In this document: positions 27,046-39,000 of the stretch, one piece after another
How positions within the stretch are numbered: the first letter of the stretch is position 1
Layout: each line of letters opens with the position of its first letter
Translations under genes and position numbers: made by a program
The notes under the pieces: model-generated
The model's database searches: none
Told to the model about the DNA's origin: nothing
Seen by the model: the letters and a program-made list of their open reading frames with translations, nothing else
Source of the DNA: a virus
DNA length: 64,000 nucleotides
Strand: one strand, 5' to 3'
Virus record (IMG/VR): IMGVR_UViG_3300036800_000311
Span: 1 to 64,000 of that record

Positions 27046-27530
27046 GGCTGGAGATCGGCGGAGGACCTCATCCGCTGCGCCCCGGCTACGAGCAGTTCGA
27101 CGCGATCGACTGGTCGGCGCGGACCGGCCTCTCCTACACCCTCGGGGACGCCCGGGCGCTCCCGTACCGCGACGGCTCCGTCGAGGAGGTGTTCGCGTCG
27201 AACGTCCTGGAGCACTTCCCGCCGGGGGAGACGACCGCGGTCCTGACGGAGTGGGCGCGCGTCCTGATCCGCGGCGGACTGCTGCGCGTCGTGGTCCCGG
27301 ACTCGATGGGGATCCTCCGGGATCACTTCGCCAGGATCAACTCCTGGGCGGACTGCGAGGAGCGGCTCCGCGGCTCGCGGGACTATCCCGGAAACGAGCA
27401 CCTGACCTGCTTCACGCTCGCGGAGTTCCGGCCCGTCCTCGACGCCGTCCCGACCCTCGCGGTCCTCTCCGTCGAGTCGACCCACGCGGGCGGCGGGATC
27501 ACCGCCACGGCCCAGAAGATCGGAGGCTGA
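27042..27530 (+). CDS. Class I SAM-dependent methyltransferase
   Basis: RLEIGGG, GDARALPY, NVLEHF, EWARVLIRGG. Confidence 0.85.
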   Translation: MRLEIGGGPHPLRPGYEQFDAIDWSARTGLSYTLGDARALPYRDGSVEEVFASNVLEHFPPGETTAVLTEWARVLIRGGLLRVVVPDSMGILRDHFARINSWADCEERLRGSRDYPGNEHLTCFTLAEFRPVLDAVPTLAVLSVESTHAGGGITATAQKIGG

Positions 27531-27531
27531 G

Positions 27532-27873
27532 ATGCCGCAGGCACGCAAGACCAGGGCCAAGCAGGAGGCTGCGACCCCGGTCATCATCGCCGACGAGGTT
27601 GCGCAGGCCGTCGTAGCGCTCGCCCACAGCCCCCAGGAGGCCGTCTACGCCCCGTCGGCGGTCCTCCTCGACCTCGGGGTAGACCCGACCGCCGGGACGC
27701 TCCTGACGGACGCCTCCGCGCTCCTGCGACGCCTCCAGCAGAACCCCTGGGCGACGCACGGCGCGCTCGCGACCTGGTCGGCCACGACCTGGGGGGACGG
27801 GGGGGTCGATCGGCTGAACGCGGCCCTCTCCCTGCTGACCTCCGCGGGCCTCGTCTCCCGGCTCGGTGGCTGA
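27532..27873 (+). CDS. Hypothetical protein
   Basis: GGAGG RBS. Confidence 0.55.
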   Translation: MPQARKTRAKQEAATPVIIADEVAQAVVALAHSPQEAVYAPSAVLLDLGVDPTAGTLLTDASALLRRLQQNPWATHGALATWSATTWGDGGVDRLNAALSLLTSAGLVSRLGG

Positions 27874-28030
27874 GCACCCCGACCCCGAGGGGGGCACCCC
27901 GGGGAAGGCGGCGCCATCTCCGAGGGTCGTCCCGCCGATCATCTACGGCCACCCGCGGGAGGATCTCTCCGACGAGCAGTGGATGCGCCGGATGCAGTCC
28001 GACGGCGAGACGACGGACGGAGGCTGGTGA
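27866..28030 (+). CDS. Small hypothetical protein (54 aa)
   Basis: Manual translation fills the gap. Confidence 0.4.
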   Translation: MAEHPDPEGGTPGKAAPSPRVVPPIIYGHPREDLSDEQWMRRMQSDGETTDGGW

Positions 28031-28031
28031 G

Positions 28032-28364
28032 ATGGCCGGACTGATCCTCGACAAGACTGCCACGCTCTGGCGGCTCACGCCCTCCTCCCCGGCGGCCTTC
28101 GGGACGACGCAGGTCCAGGCGGTCACCTGCGCGATCGTCCCCGTCTCGAAGCTCGACCACATCTCGCCGTACTCCTACGAGGCGACCCACCTCGTCTACG
28201 TCCCGCACTGGCTGGAGCTCCGGAAGGGTGACGAGATCCGCTACGGACGCCGCCCGCTCGACGACTACAACGACGTCCAGCCGTACGTCTACGTCATCTC
28301 GGGGCGCACGGCGTACTCGCAGGGTGGCGCGCAGACCATCTACTACGCCACCGAGAGGGAGTGA
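28032..28364 (+). CDS. Head closure/stopper protein (putative)
   Basis: Size, 'ELRKGDEI...YVI' pattern, position. Confidence 0.55.
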   Translation: MAGLILDKTATLWRLTPSSPAAFGTTQVQAVTCAIVPVSKLDHISPYSYEATHLVYVPHWLELRKGDEIRYGRRPLDDYNDVQPYVYVISGRTAYSQGGAQTIYYATERE

Positions 28365-28879
28365 GCCGCGTGGAGATCGACATCAAGAGCATCGGCGCGA
28401 CCGCAATCCGCATCGGGATGGACGCGCGGATAGCGCGCCTGCACGACCTCGGCCACGCGCTGGAGCACGCCTCAGACATGTTCTACGCCGAGGTTCGGAC
28501 CTGGTACGACTCCAACGGGGACGGGACCTGGGCTCCGCTCGCGGACTCAACCGTCGCGAGCAAGACGAGCCAGGGCGCCGGGGATCCCGCCCGGCCGCTG
28601 TATCTCGAGGGGAACCTCTACGAGTCCGCGACGTCCCCGTCGGGTCCCTGGAGCTACCGGATCGTCGAGCACGACAAGGTCGTGATGGGGATCGACTGGG
28701 ACGAGGGCGGCTACCAGATCCCGATGATCCTCTCCCACGGCGCCGGAGAGGGCGGCATGTTCCCCTCCGGCGCCCACGGCCCGAACTGGAGCATCCCCGC
28801 CCGACCGATCTGGCCGAACGTCGCTCACCTCGCCCGCGTCCGGGACGAGATCGGCCACCTGATCCTCCACGGAGGCTAG
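28361..28879 (+). CDS. Neck/tail completion protein (Mu gpG / P2 S-like)
   Basis: WAPLADST..K...PLYLEGNL..S...IPARP. Confidence 0.75.
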   Translation: MSRVEIDIKSIGATAIRIGMDARIARLHDLGHALEHASDMFYAEVRTWYDSNGDGTWAPLADSTVASKTSQGAGDPARPLYLEGNLYESATSPSGPWSYRIVEHDKVVMGIDWDEGGYQIPMILSHGAGEGGMFPSGAHGPNWSIPARPIWPNVAHLARVRDEIGHLILHGG

Positions 28880-29452
28880 GTGACCACCCTCCCTCAGCCC
28901 TCGGGGGTCTACTCCCAGGAGGAGTTCCTGGACATGCTCGCGTACGCCCTCGCGACCGACGAACGGACGAGCGGCATCCAGTGGATCCTCGGCGAGGCGG
29001 GGATGGGCGCCCCGATCGCGGTTCCCTTCGCGTACATCTCCGCCCTGAACGAGACGACCCAGTGGTACACCGCGAACGGGCGACCCGGCGCGGGCGGAGG
29101 CGGGATAGCGGCGGGCGTCGACGACTGGCTGATCCCCGTCGGGATTACGGTCGCGATCACGCCCCATCAGTACGTGCCGCCGACCCAGGCCGTGCCGCCC
29201 GTCGGATCTCCGCTGAGCGCCGCCGCCCTCGGCTCCCCGCCGCCCTACCTCGAGCAGCCCGGGTTCCGCGCGGCGACCGTCGCGATAGAGAACGTCAAGG
29301 CCGTACTACGGACGAACATCACCGTCGGCGGCGAGGTGGCGACGACCCGCGTCACCGACAGTCGCTACCTGCTCGTGTCGATCCAGGGTAAGCCGTTCCG
29401 ATGCGCCAGGATCACGCTCACGGCCCAGCAGAGGCGGAAGAGGGGGGTTTGA
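28880..29452 (+). CDS. Tail terminator-like protein (putative)
   Basis: Position between the neck and tail tube genes. Confidence 0.5.
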   Translation: MTTLPQPSGVYSQEEFLDMLAYALATDERTSGIQWILGEAGMGAPIAVPFAYISALNETTQWYTANGRPGAGGGGIAAGVDDWLIPVGITVAITPHQYVPPTQAVPPVGSPLSAAALGSPPPYLEQPGFRAATVAIENVKAVLRTNITVGGEVATTRVTDSRYLLVSIQGKPFRCARITLTAQQRRKRGV

Positions 29453-30197
29453 GTCCTACCCTCCGTAGGTACTTCTCCCGATAGCGTCGTCGGGCCGCAG
29501 CTCGACAGGCACGGCAAGTCCGCTTCCCGCTGGGCGATATGTGGAGATTCTCACCGCTCATCGGGTGCCCGTATTTACAGTAAGCGTTACGTTTGATCCC
29601 GCGATTATTCGCCTGTTCCGTGCCCGTTGCCCATCGACAGTTCCCCGGTTCGTAACTCCCGTTGTTATCGATGCGATCAAGGGTTAGGCCCTCGGGGCGC
29701 TCGCCCATATCGGCTAAGAAGTTCAGGAAACCCCGCGACCCCTGCCAGCGGTCGCAGACCACGATACCCCGCAGCTGGTAGTCGCAGAATCGGAGATCCG
29801 CGCAACGTCGGATCATTGACCGCCACGAGCTGTATGTAGGTGAGAATCCCTGGCCCCTAACCGCCTGCCCGTGGATCCGCTTCTTCCCATTCTCGACGCG
29901 TACCTCCCTAGCCAAGCACCCGCACGACTGGGTATGTCCAGACTTCAACGCGGTTCCGCTGATCGTCACTAGCCCCCCGCAGTCGCACCGACAATCGAAC
30001 CGCGTCCTTCCACTACGGCTTGGGGTTCCCTTGCCAAGGACCGTAAGACGCCCGTATTGACTCCCGGGAGAAGGCGGAGGCGTAGACGGCGGGCGTCCCC
30101 CTGTTGGGTCTCCGTGTTGCCTCCAGCGCTTGTAGTGGGGAAAGCACCACCCGCGAGCCCTGACGGGACGATCGCAGCCCTCAACGGCACAGGTCAT
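29418..30197 (-). CDS. HNH homing endonuclease
   Basis: [53 protein letters not shown]. Confidence 0.9.
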   Translation of the reverse strand: MTCAVEGCDRPVRARGWCFPHYKRWRQHGDPTGGRPPSTPPPSPGSQYGRLTVLGKGTPSRSGRTRFDCRCDCGGLVTISGTALKSGHTQSCGCLAREVRVENGKKRIHGQAVRGQGFSPTYSSWRSMIRRCADLRFCDYQLRGIVVCDRWQGSRGFLNFLADMGERPEGLTLDRIDNNGSYEPGNCRWATGTEQANNRGIKRNAYCKYGHPMSGENLHISPSGKRTCRACRAAARRRYREKYLRRVGLKPPSSASAGP

Positions 30198-30269
30198 CCC
30201 CTCACCTTACGCCGCAGCAGCGGCGTCGCCGCGGCAACTAGTTCACCCATCGAGAAAGAGAGGCCGTCC

Positions 30270-30584
30270 ATGGCCACAGGGAAGCAGGAGCCAGCGACGC
30301 CGCTGGCCGTCGACGAAGAGGTCGCCACGGCGGGCCTCCCGGACCCGCTGTACCACGGCGAGGAGCCGAGCCCCTCCTACTTCACGTACTCCCCGGCGGA
30401 CATCCCGCCCGGCAAGTACACCGATCCTCACCTCGGCGAGATCGTCCCCGGGCGGACCTACGAGGTCCGCGCGCACCTCGCGCCGATCTACGCCAGCCAC
30501 TCCGACTGGACCGGCTCGACGTCCAGGAAGTACGCCGCCCAGGAGAAGGCGGACGCCGCCGACCACGACACAGAGGAGCAGTAG
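30270..30584 (+). CDS. Hypothetical protein
   Basis: GAGG RBS, GC3 bias. Confidence 0.55.
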   Translation: MATGKQEPATPLAVDEEVATAGLPDPLYHGEEPSPSYFTYSPADIPPGKYTDPHLGEIVPGRTYEVRAHLAPIYASHSDWTGSTSRKYAAQEKADAADHDTEEQ

Positions 30585-30587
30585 CGC

Positions 30588-31574
30588 ATGTCGCCAATCC
30601 AGTCAGAGAAGGTGGTCGGGATCGCCAAGGAGAACGTCTTTGGCACCTTCGTCGCCCCGACCTCCAAGTACATCCCCTGCGTGCCGCAGGTCCGCGGGAA
30701 CATGAAGAACACCCGTCCCGACCAGGCGCGCGGATACCGCGGCCAGGTCGTCGACGTCAACACGGGCTACGAGTTGGACATCACCCTGACGGGAGAGCTG
30801 ATCCCCGACGTCTGGTCGACGCTCCTCGCGGGGTGCTTCGGCTCTGGCTCGGACGCCTTCTCGTCGGCGGGCGGCGCGGCGACGCACTCGCTCACGCCCC
30901 AGCCGCAGTGCCCGTCGTACTCGATCGAGGAGGACACGGACGTTATCCCCGGCGAGCAGGTCCTCGCCCGCCAGCTCGTCGGGTGCATCTCCGATCAGTT
31001 CCAGCTCAAGGCGACGAACCAGAGCCTGGCTCAGGTGACCTCCTCGCTGATCGGCCAGCGGGAGATCACGCCGACGACGCCTGGCGTCCCGTCGAACCTC
31101 GCGCCGTCGTTCTTCACGACGATCGAGCCGTTCGACTACTCGCTCCTGGCGTTCAGCTACAAGGGGTCTTCGAGCACCCAGCTCCTCGACCTGACGCTGG
31201 CGCTGATGAACCACACCGTCCGGGTCTTCTCCTCGAACGGGAAGCTGTACGCCGCCCGGCTGGTGCCGACGAAGCGCGAGGTCACGCTCACTACGCTCCT
31301 CGACTTCCTCGACACCAACTTCTACTCGGACTGGTTCAACGGCGTGAAGACGTCCGGGATCATCGTCTCGATGACGTCGGCCTCGAACATCCCGACGACC
31401 GCCATCCCGTACTCCTGGACGTTCACGATCCCCGGCCTGCGCCCGATGGGCGAGTACAGCCCGGCGGCCGCGAGCGACGTCATCCAGCAGAACCTCACCT
31501 GGAGCGCCACCGTCTCCGGTGCGAACGAGATCAGCGCGGTCATCGTGAACGACGAGGCCGGAAGTTTGGCGTGA
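30588..31574 (+). CDS. Major tail tube protein
   Basis: VGIAKENVFGT...PSYSIE...GCISDQFQL pattern; upstream of chaperone and tape measure. Confidence 0.8.
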   Translation: MSPIQSEKVVGIAKENVFGTFVAPTSKYIPCVPQVRGNMKNTRPDQARGYRGQVVDVNTGYELDITLTGELIPDVWSTLLAGCFGSGSDAFSSAGGAATHSLTPQPQCPSYSIEEDTDVIPGEQVLARQLVGCISDQFQLKATNQSLAQVTSSLIGQREITPTTPGVPSNLAPSFFTTIEPFDYSLLAFSYKGSSSTQLLDLTLALMNHTVRVFSSNGKLYAARLVPTKREVTLTTLLDFLDTNFYSDWFNGVKTSGIIVSMTSASNIPTTAIPYSWTFTIPGLRPMGEYSPAAASDVIQQNLTWSATVSGANEISAVIVNDEAGSLA

Positions 31575-31583
31575 TCCGCGAGG

Positions 31584-31589
31584 TATAAT
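31584..31589 (+). promoter_or_regulatory. TATAAT -10 box, probable leaderless promoter of the HNH gene
   Basis: Consensus hexamer 7 nt before GTG 31597. Confidence 0.55.
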
Positions 31590-31596
31590 TTACGGC

Positions 31597-32247
31597 GTGG
31601 AGGGTCCTTGGCTAAGGGCCACGAGGATGGTCGCAGGTATGCCCGCAGTCCTCTTGGCCCGCGAGGTTGGCGCGAACCCATCAGCCATATGCCTCTGGGA
31701 GCAGGGCCGTAGGCCGATCCCGCTTGCGTATGAAATCCCACTTAGGGACGCCATCGAGAGGTACGACTCGCCCGGTCCTGAGGTTTGGTTCTGGCCTAAG
31801 GTCGACGTCCGCGGCCCCGACGAGTGCTGGCCGTGGACTCGTGGGTGCGTCAAGGGGTATGGGAGCATACGGCGGGATCGCATTGCTCGCGGCACACACC
31901 GCGTCGCCTGGGAACTCACCTACGGCCCCATCCTCGACGGTCTCTTCGTCCTCCATCACTGCGATAATCGGCCGTGCTGCAATCCCGCGCATCTGTTTCT
32001 CGGGACCCAGATGGATAACGTCAACGATATGGTCGCCAAGGGAAGGGGTCGCTTCCGGCAGTGCGATAACCGTCGTCGCGGGGCAGCAAACCACAATGCG
32101 AAACTAACGACAGATCAGGTCGTAGAGATTCGTCGCCTATACGCTGGGCGTGGGATCACGCAGGCTCAACTCGCGGTCCAGTTCAATGTCTCCCGGGCGC
32201 TGATCTGTTTTATCGTCACGCGACGCGCGTGGCGACACGTTCCATAG
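31597..32247 (+). CDS. HNH homing endonuclease with HTH domains
   Basis: ECWPW, HRVAWEL, VLHHCDNRPCCNPAHLFLGTQMDN. Confidence 0.9.
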   Translation: MEGPWLRATRMVAGMPAVLLAREVGANPSAICLWEQGRRPIPLAYEIPLRDAIERYDSPGPEVWFWPKVDVRGPDECWPWTRGCVKGYGSIRRDRIARGTHRVAWELTYGPILDGLFVLHHCDNRPCCNPAHLFLGTQMDNVNDMVAKGRGRFRQCDNRRRGAANHNAKLTTDQVVEIRRLYAGRGITQAQLAVQFNVSRALICFIVTRRAWRHVP

Positions 32248-32307
32248 TTCGTCGACCCTTCTCGAATCGGTCGGCCCTAGTAGTCCCCCTGAGAGGAAGT
32301 GGAGTAG

Positions 32308-33011
32308 ATGCCCAACCCATTCGCGGAGGAGCGGATCGAGCGGTACGTGTATCCGGCACCGCTCGACCCCGAGAACCCGCTCGACGACATGAGGATCGAC
32401 GACGACGTGATGGACGAGTCCGAGGACGAGAGGCCCTGGTGCCGGATCAGGGTCCCGAACTCGAAGGGCCTGAACGACGACATCGCCCAGCTGACCCAGG
32501 CGATCGTCACGACGGCCCTCGGCGGCAACGGCAACGGAGGCGCGGCCTTCCATCAGTCGACGGAGCAGCGCATCGCCCAGGGGAACCGGGGCGTCTTCGG
32601 GCTCCTGATCGTGGAGTGGTCGTTCAGTAAGGACCCGACGGAGTCGGACTTCGGCCGGTTGAACATCGCGATGGGGGCGTGGGTCTCGGCCTGCCTCTCT
32701 GACGCGATGGAGAAGGGCACGAGGGTCGAAAAAAAACCGAGGCGTACCTCCGGAAAGCCCGCCTCTGGGCGGAAAGGATCAGCACGCCGGGACAGCGAAT
32801 CCGACTGAGCGAGGACGCGACGCCGGACGAGCGGGAGATCGCTCGGTACTGGCGTGACTGGATCCTGATGCAGAAGCTCAGGTGCACCTATCAGGAGCTC
32901 CGGGCGATCCCTGCGGTCCCCTTCTCCGTCTTCGAGGCGTTCATGCTCGGGGAGGAGGAGGCGATCCGCAAGCGGGCCGACTCGTCACCGCGCAGTCCGA
33001 TCCCGCAGTAG
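32308..33011 (+). CDS. Tail assembly chaperone (short form to 32808; -1 frameshift form to 33011)
   Basis: G-A8 slippery run at 32728-32736; the -1 frame is open to TAG 33009-33011 just before the tape measure gene. Confidence 0.85.
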
Positions 33012-33032
33012 TTCGAGGGGAGGTGAGGTCGA

Positions 33033-36000
33033 GTGCCCAACGAGGACATGCTGACGTACATGATCACGGCGCACGACCTCGCGACGCCGATCTTCCGGGC
33101 GTTCACGGGCGAGGTCAACGCGATGACCCGCCAGGTCCAGACGTCGCTCGCGGAGCTCAATCGGGCGCTCAAGGCCCAGCAGCTGGAGATGGACAAGATG
33201 GCCGCCTCATCGCGGACGATGGCGGCCGAGACGTCGAAGTCGACGGTGGCGATGGACTCCGCGGCGGCGAGCGCGGGAGGCCTCGGCTCGAAGGAGCGGG
33301 ACCTACAGGCCGCCCAGGTCGCCGCCACGGCCTCGTCCGCGAAGCACAAGGAGGCGCTCGTCCAGGACACCGCCGCGATGGCTGGGGCGGGGTCCGGATC
33401 GCAGAAGCTCGGCCGGGACGTCAAGGGCGCGACGACGGAGATCGAGAAGCACAAGAAGGGCATCCAGGAGGCGGGGTACGCGCTCTCCGGGTACTCGGGT
33501 CAGCTCGGGCCGTTCGGCCGGAGCCTCGACACAGCCGCGAAGCACGCGCAGCTCTTCCGGTCGCAGGGGATCGACTACGTCGCGGCGGGGATGGTCGGCC
33601 TCGGGGCGACGTTCGCCGTGGAGTCGGTAAAGGCCGCGTCGATGTTCGACAAGCTCGGCGCGTCGATCCAGCAGCAGGCGGGCGTCTCCGCGAAGGAGGC
33701 CGGTCGCCTCGTCGACGTCGTGAAGCAGGTCGCGACGCAGTCTCCCGCGGCGTACAAGGAGATCGCCGCGGCGGTCAGCACCCAGTACAAGCTCCTGCAC
33801 GAGAACTCCGCGCAGATCCAGCAGAACTCCGACCTCTTCCTCGCGTTCGCGGACAAGGCCGGGAGGCAGGTCACCCCTTCGATCGTCGCGCTGAACCAGG
33901 CGATGAGGCTCTTCCACCCGACGGGCATGTCGATCGTCGACATGATGGATCAGCTGACGAACCTCGCGCAGCATACACAGCAGCCGCTGGGCGACTACCT
34001 CGGGATCCTGCAGAAGTACGGCCCGTCGCTCCAGGCGATGGGGCTCTCGTTCCAGCAGACGATCGGCCTCTTCGACGCCTTCGGCAAGGCGGGCATCTCA
34101 ATGACCGCGGTGGGCCGGGGCCTGACGACCGCGATGTCGAAGGCTGCGACGGAGATCAAGACCGCGAACGCGGCTGCCGCGGGTGGTCCCGCGAAACTCC
34201 AGGCGTACGGCCTCGCGGTCGACTCCGCGCAAATCCGCGTGAATACCCTCAGCGGCCAGCTCGCGTCGGGGAAGGGCAACCAGCAGAAACTCAACGACGA
34301 GATGCAGGTCGCCCAGGGACGACTCGACGCCGCGAAGCAGAAGTACGACGCCCTCAACACGGTCCTGCACCACAACGCCAACGCGCACCTCACCGTGACG
34401 CAGGTCGTCGGCAAGGAGATGGCGGCGATCGAGAGCGCGAAGACGAAGCAGGACGCGCTGAACCTCTCCATCGCGGCCTTCGGCGGGAACATGGGCGCGA
34501 AGATGGCGGACGCCCTCTGGCACAACAAGGCGGCGCTCGACGGGATGAACAAGTCCCTCGGGGACGCGAAGGGCAAGACCGACGACCTCGCGAAGGCCCA
34601 GCGCGACACGCTCTCGGGGCAGCTGGCGATCGTCGGGCACGACTTCACGAACATCGCCGGGACGGTCGGCAAGGACCTCCTCCCGGTCCTGAAAGACGCC
34701 GCGCACGTCCTCGGCAGCATCGCGACGGGGATCTCGCAGTTCTCCTCCGGCTCGACGAAGGGACTATCCGAGGTCCTCATGGCCCTCGGGGTCGGCGGCG
34801 GCGCGCTGACCCTCGCCGCCCGCCACACGCCCCTCGGCGCGCTGACCTCGAGGCTGCCAGGTCCGCTCGGTGACATCCTCTCCCGCCAGAAGGACCAGAA
34901 GTCCGGCAGCCCGCTCGGCGGAGGGCCACTCGCGGAGGCGACCGGCGGCATCTGGGGGTTCACGGGCACTCAGCTCCGTGTCGGCTCGGAGGCGAACCCG
35001 ATCGCGGTCATGATGGCGGGCGGTCTCGCGCCCGGAGCGGCCGGGGCGGGCGAGACCCTCGCCACGAGGGAGAGCCCAGCGGCGCTCGGGGCCGCGACCG
35101 CCGAGGCGGGCGCAGCTGGCGCAGCGGTCACCGGGGACGCGGCGCTGACCGCACGCGGCGGGTCGATCCTCGCGGCGGCGAACGCCGAGCGGGCCGCGGT
35201 TGCCGCCGCCGCCGCCGCCACCGCCGCCGCGTCCACCTCTACCACCACCGCCAGTCTCCTCGCGAAGGTCGGCGGTGCCAGCGCGGGCAGGCTCGCGGGC
35301 GCCTTGGGTGCCGAGGGCCTGTTCCTCGGTAACGCCGTGTTCGGGTCCGGCGGCGGCGGCGGGCCGAGGGGAATGGCCGCTCAGGGCCTGTCGGGCCTGA
35401 CGACGGGACTGGTCTCTCCGGGAGCCATCCGCGGCGTGACCGACTCGATCAACAGCCTGGGCGGGGACATCCTCAAGCAGATCCCCCTGATCGGCGGTCC
35501 CCTAAACAACCTGCTGAACGTGTTCGGTGGGTCGTCCGGGCCGGATCCCGTCGCCAAGATGAAGCAGCTCGACGCGCAGATCCAGGCGGCGGCGTCCAGC
35601 GGGAACGTCTCGAAACTCCAGGAGCTCGGGCGGAAGGCGACGGAGATGGGCGCGGCGTTCACGAGCTCGGGCAGCAGCGCGGGCGCGTCTTTCACGGCCC
35701 TCGGGCAGAGGGTCCAGGTCGTGGCCGCGAACGCGAGCAACGCCCTCTCGGGTCCGCTGCAGACCGCGCTCACCCGCGTCGCTCAGTACGGGTTCCCGGC
35801 CGTCACGAAGGCGATGAACGACACGTCCCTGACGGTAGACCAGCGGTCGGCCTCGATCGTTGCCTCCCTGACGAACATCGCCGATCACGGCACCGGTCCG
35901 ATGGCGAAGAACGCGAAGACGGCGCTGGATCAGCTTCGGGCGTCCGTAGGGTCGGACCTCCAGGCCATGGCGTCCCAGACGACGACGAGCATGGGACAGA

Positions 36001-39000
36001 TGAAGGTCCAGATCCAGGACGGCTCCGCGACGGCCAGGAGCGCTGGTACCCAGAACTTCAACGCGTTCGCGAAGGCCGTCCAGAGCGCCATGGCCGCGGG
36101 CACGTACTCGACGGCAGCGGGCGCCCAGATGATCTCGAACACCCTGGTGTCGACCCTCAAGGCGTTCGGCGCGAGCGGCTCGACCATCTCGACCGCGAAG
36201 GTCCTCGCGTCGATCAATCCCTCGCAGGCTCAGAACCTGCTCGCCGAGGCGAGCGCCGGGGTGACCGCCGGGGGCCTGGCGTCTCCCCACGCGACCGGCG
36301 GGCGCGTCCCTGGTCCCGTCGGCGGGGACTCCTGGAAGCTCATCGATCCGTCCGGTCGTCACGCGGCCATGGTCGGCGGCGGAGAGCTCCTCATCGGCAA
36401 CCGCCACACCGAGGCGAAGGTGAACACCCTCCTCTCGCCCTACGGGACGACGCTGGGGGCGATGGTCGCCGGAGAGACGACCCCTCACTCCGCCCCGGGC
36501 CGCTACGCCACGGGAGGGCGCGTGGCGGGTCAGTCGCTGAGGTCCCTCGACCACGTCTTCGCGGCCAACGGCGGACAGACGCTTCCGCCGACGGTCATCG
36601 CCGCCATCGCCGAGGCCGCGGGGCTGCCGGGCATCACGTTCTCGCAGATCGCCCAGGGGGAGTCCTCCGACCAGCCAGGGGCGGTCCAGAAGGGCCAGCC
36701 GTACGGCACGACGGGCTGGGGGCTGTGGCAGATCACCCCCGGCAACTCGGTCGCGTCGGTCGGCGTCGACAACGCCCTGTTGGATCCGATCACGAACGCT
36801 CGCGCCGCGAAGGTGAAGTATGACTCGCAGGGTATGGGCGCATGGTTCGGAACGAAGTACTGGGATCACACGATCCGCCACTGGACCGGTCAGAGCCTCG
36901 GGGGCATCGCCGGAGTTGGGGCTGGCGCGGGCGGAGGGATGTCCGTCCCGTCCGTCCCGACCCCGAGGGTCGTCGGCGGCGGCATGGTCGGCGCCATCGC
37001 CCAGGCCGCGCTGTCGAAGATCGCCGGGGCCGCGAACGCTAGGCTGAGCTCGCTCGCGTCCGTCGCGGGCGGAGCGGGGGGCCTCGGCGGCGGCGTCAAC
37101 TTCCTCCCGGGCGGCGGTCGATCCGAGACGATCCCCCACGGGGCCTCGCCGGGCCTCAGCGCGATGATCTCCGAGGCGAACGCCATCGCCAGTCACCACT
37201 ATAACTACGAGTGGGGAGGCGGGCACTCCTCGATCGGCGTCCCGACGCACGGCGTCCCAGGCGGACCCTCGGGGCCGGGGATCGGGTTTGACTGCTCGGG
37301 CGCGGTCTCGGCCGTCCTCCACTCCGCCGGACTACTGAACTCTCCGATGGTCGCCTCGAACTTCATGACCTGGGGCCTTCCCGGTCCCGGGAAGTCGGTC
37401 AACATCTTCGCCGATCCGTCCCACACGTTCATGGAGCTCGCGGGGCACTACTTCGGCACGAGCGGGCAGAACCCCGGCGGCGGCGCGAACTGGATCCCCT
37501 CCTTCCCGGGGAACATCGGCGGTCCTCGGCACCCGCCCGGGTACGCGACCGGCGGCTACGTCGTCGACCAGACCCAGTTCGCGCCCGGCAAGCATCCCAT
37601 CAGGGGACTCCTGCCGGGCCTCTCCAGCGGCGGTCGCGTCGGCTACGCCGGGGCCTTCGGGACCGGCGGGACCTTCACGGCCACGAGGCCGACGCTCGCG
37701 CTCTTCGGCGACAACGGCGCGGAGACCGTCCACGCCATCCCCCACGCGACGGCTGGCGCGGCCTTCGCGTCGGACCTGGTCGCTCCGTCGTCGTACGCGC
37801 CGCCCGCGAGCACGAGGAAGCCCAAGACGACCCACGAGAGCACCCGCATCAGTCCCCTCACCGGGAAGGTCGAGACCCACACCGCCGCGGAGTGGCTCCA
37901 GATCGAACTTGAGGCCAGGAGGCAGCACAAGAACCTCGCGACGGCGAAGGCGAGGCACACCGCCTACGAGGAGCACGTCGTCCAGGATCCACTCAGGGTC
38001 GGGAGTCTGACCGCCGGATCTCTGGACCTCACGCGCAGGGCCGCCGGGAAGGAGCACCTCCCGTCGGGCGGTCCGATCTCGCTCCTGGAGGACTTCTCGA
38101 AGTTGCTGGGGTCGACGTTCAAGAAGATCGAGTCCGCGCTGAAGTCCGGCCTCGCGTCGGACTCGACGATGCAGTCGCTGAAGCTGGCGAACTCCCTCGC
38201 CCAGGGCATCGCTAGGCACCACCTCAAGGCGACGTCGCGGAACGCCCAGCTGGAGAACATCATCATCGGCGCGGCGGAGAAGAGCGTGACGGGGGACTTC
38301 ACGGCGCAGCAGTCCGCGCAGACCCACAGCCAGTCGATTCTCTCGCTGATCGCCGCCGCGCCGCCCGGGTCGACGGCGAAGAGCCTCGGGCTCTCGTCCG
38401 CTCAGCTGAGGGCTTCGGGACTCTCGGCCGCGCAGATCCGGGCGCTCTCGAACCCCGCGACCGGACCGGCGGCGATGGCCGCCGCGACGGTGAAGCTGAG
38501 CCAGAACGCGATCAAGGACTACCAGGGCGACGCTCAGCACCTGGAGTCGCTCTACAAGGACGCGCTGAAGACCCACAACAAGAAGCTCCAGGCGTCGCTC
38601 CTGTCGCAGCTCGACGCGGTCACCCAGGCCCAGCTGAAGGCGCAGGGTGATCTCCAGACGGCGATGGTCGCGATGGTCGACGCGACGGTGAAGCAGTTCA
38701 CGGACGCGGCGGCGACGCAGGCGGGGGCCGCGTCGATCCTCGCGACGATCCAGGGCCTCGCGCCCGGGACGAGCCTCGCGGGACTTGGCCTCTCCCCGAC
38801 CGTCCTCGCCCAGCTCGGCGTCAGCTCGACGCAGGCCTCCGGGCTGGAGGGATCGGACCTCGGGTACCTCCAGACGCTGATGACGGCGCAGGGCGGGACG
38901 CTCACGGCCGCCCAGCTCGCGTCCGCTCAGGCTGGGGTCGGCGCGCAGAACACCGCGCTCGGCGCCCAGCGCGCGACGGACATCGCGGGGGTCAACGCGC

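Noticed and set aside
35201-35250. GCC trinucleotide run
   Set aside because: Encodes a poly-Ala/Thr stretch of the tape measure protein
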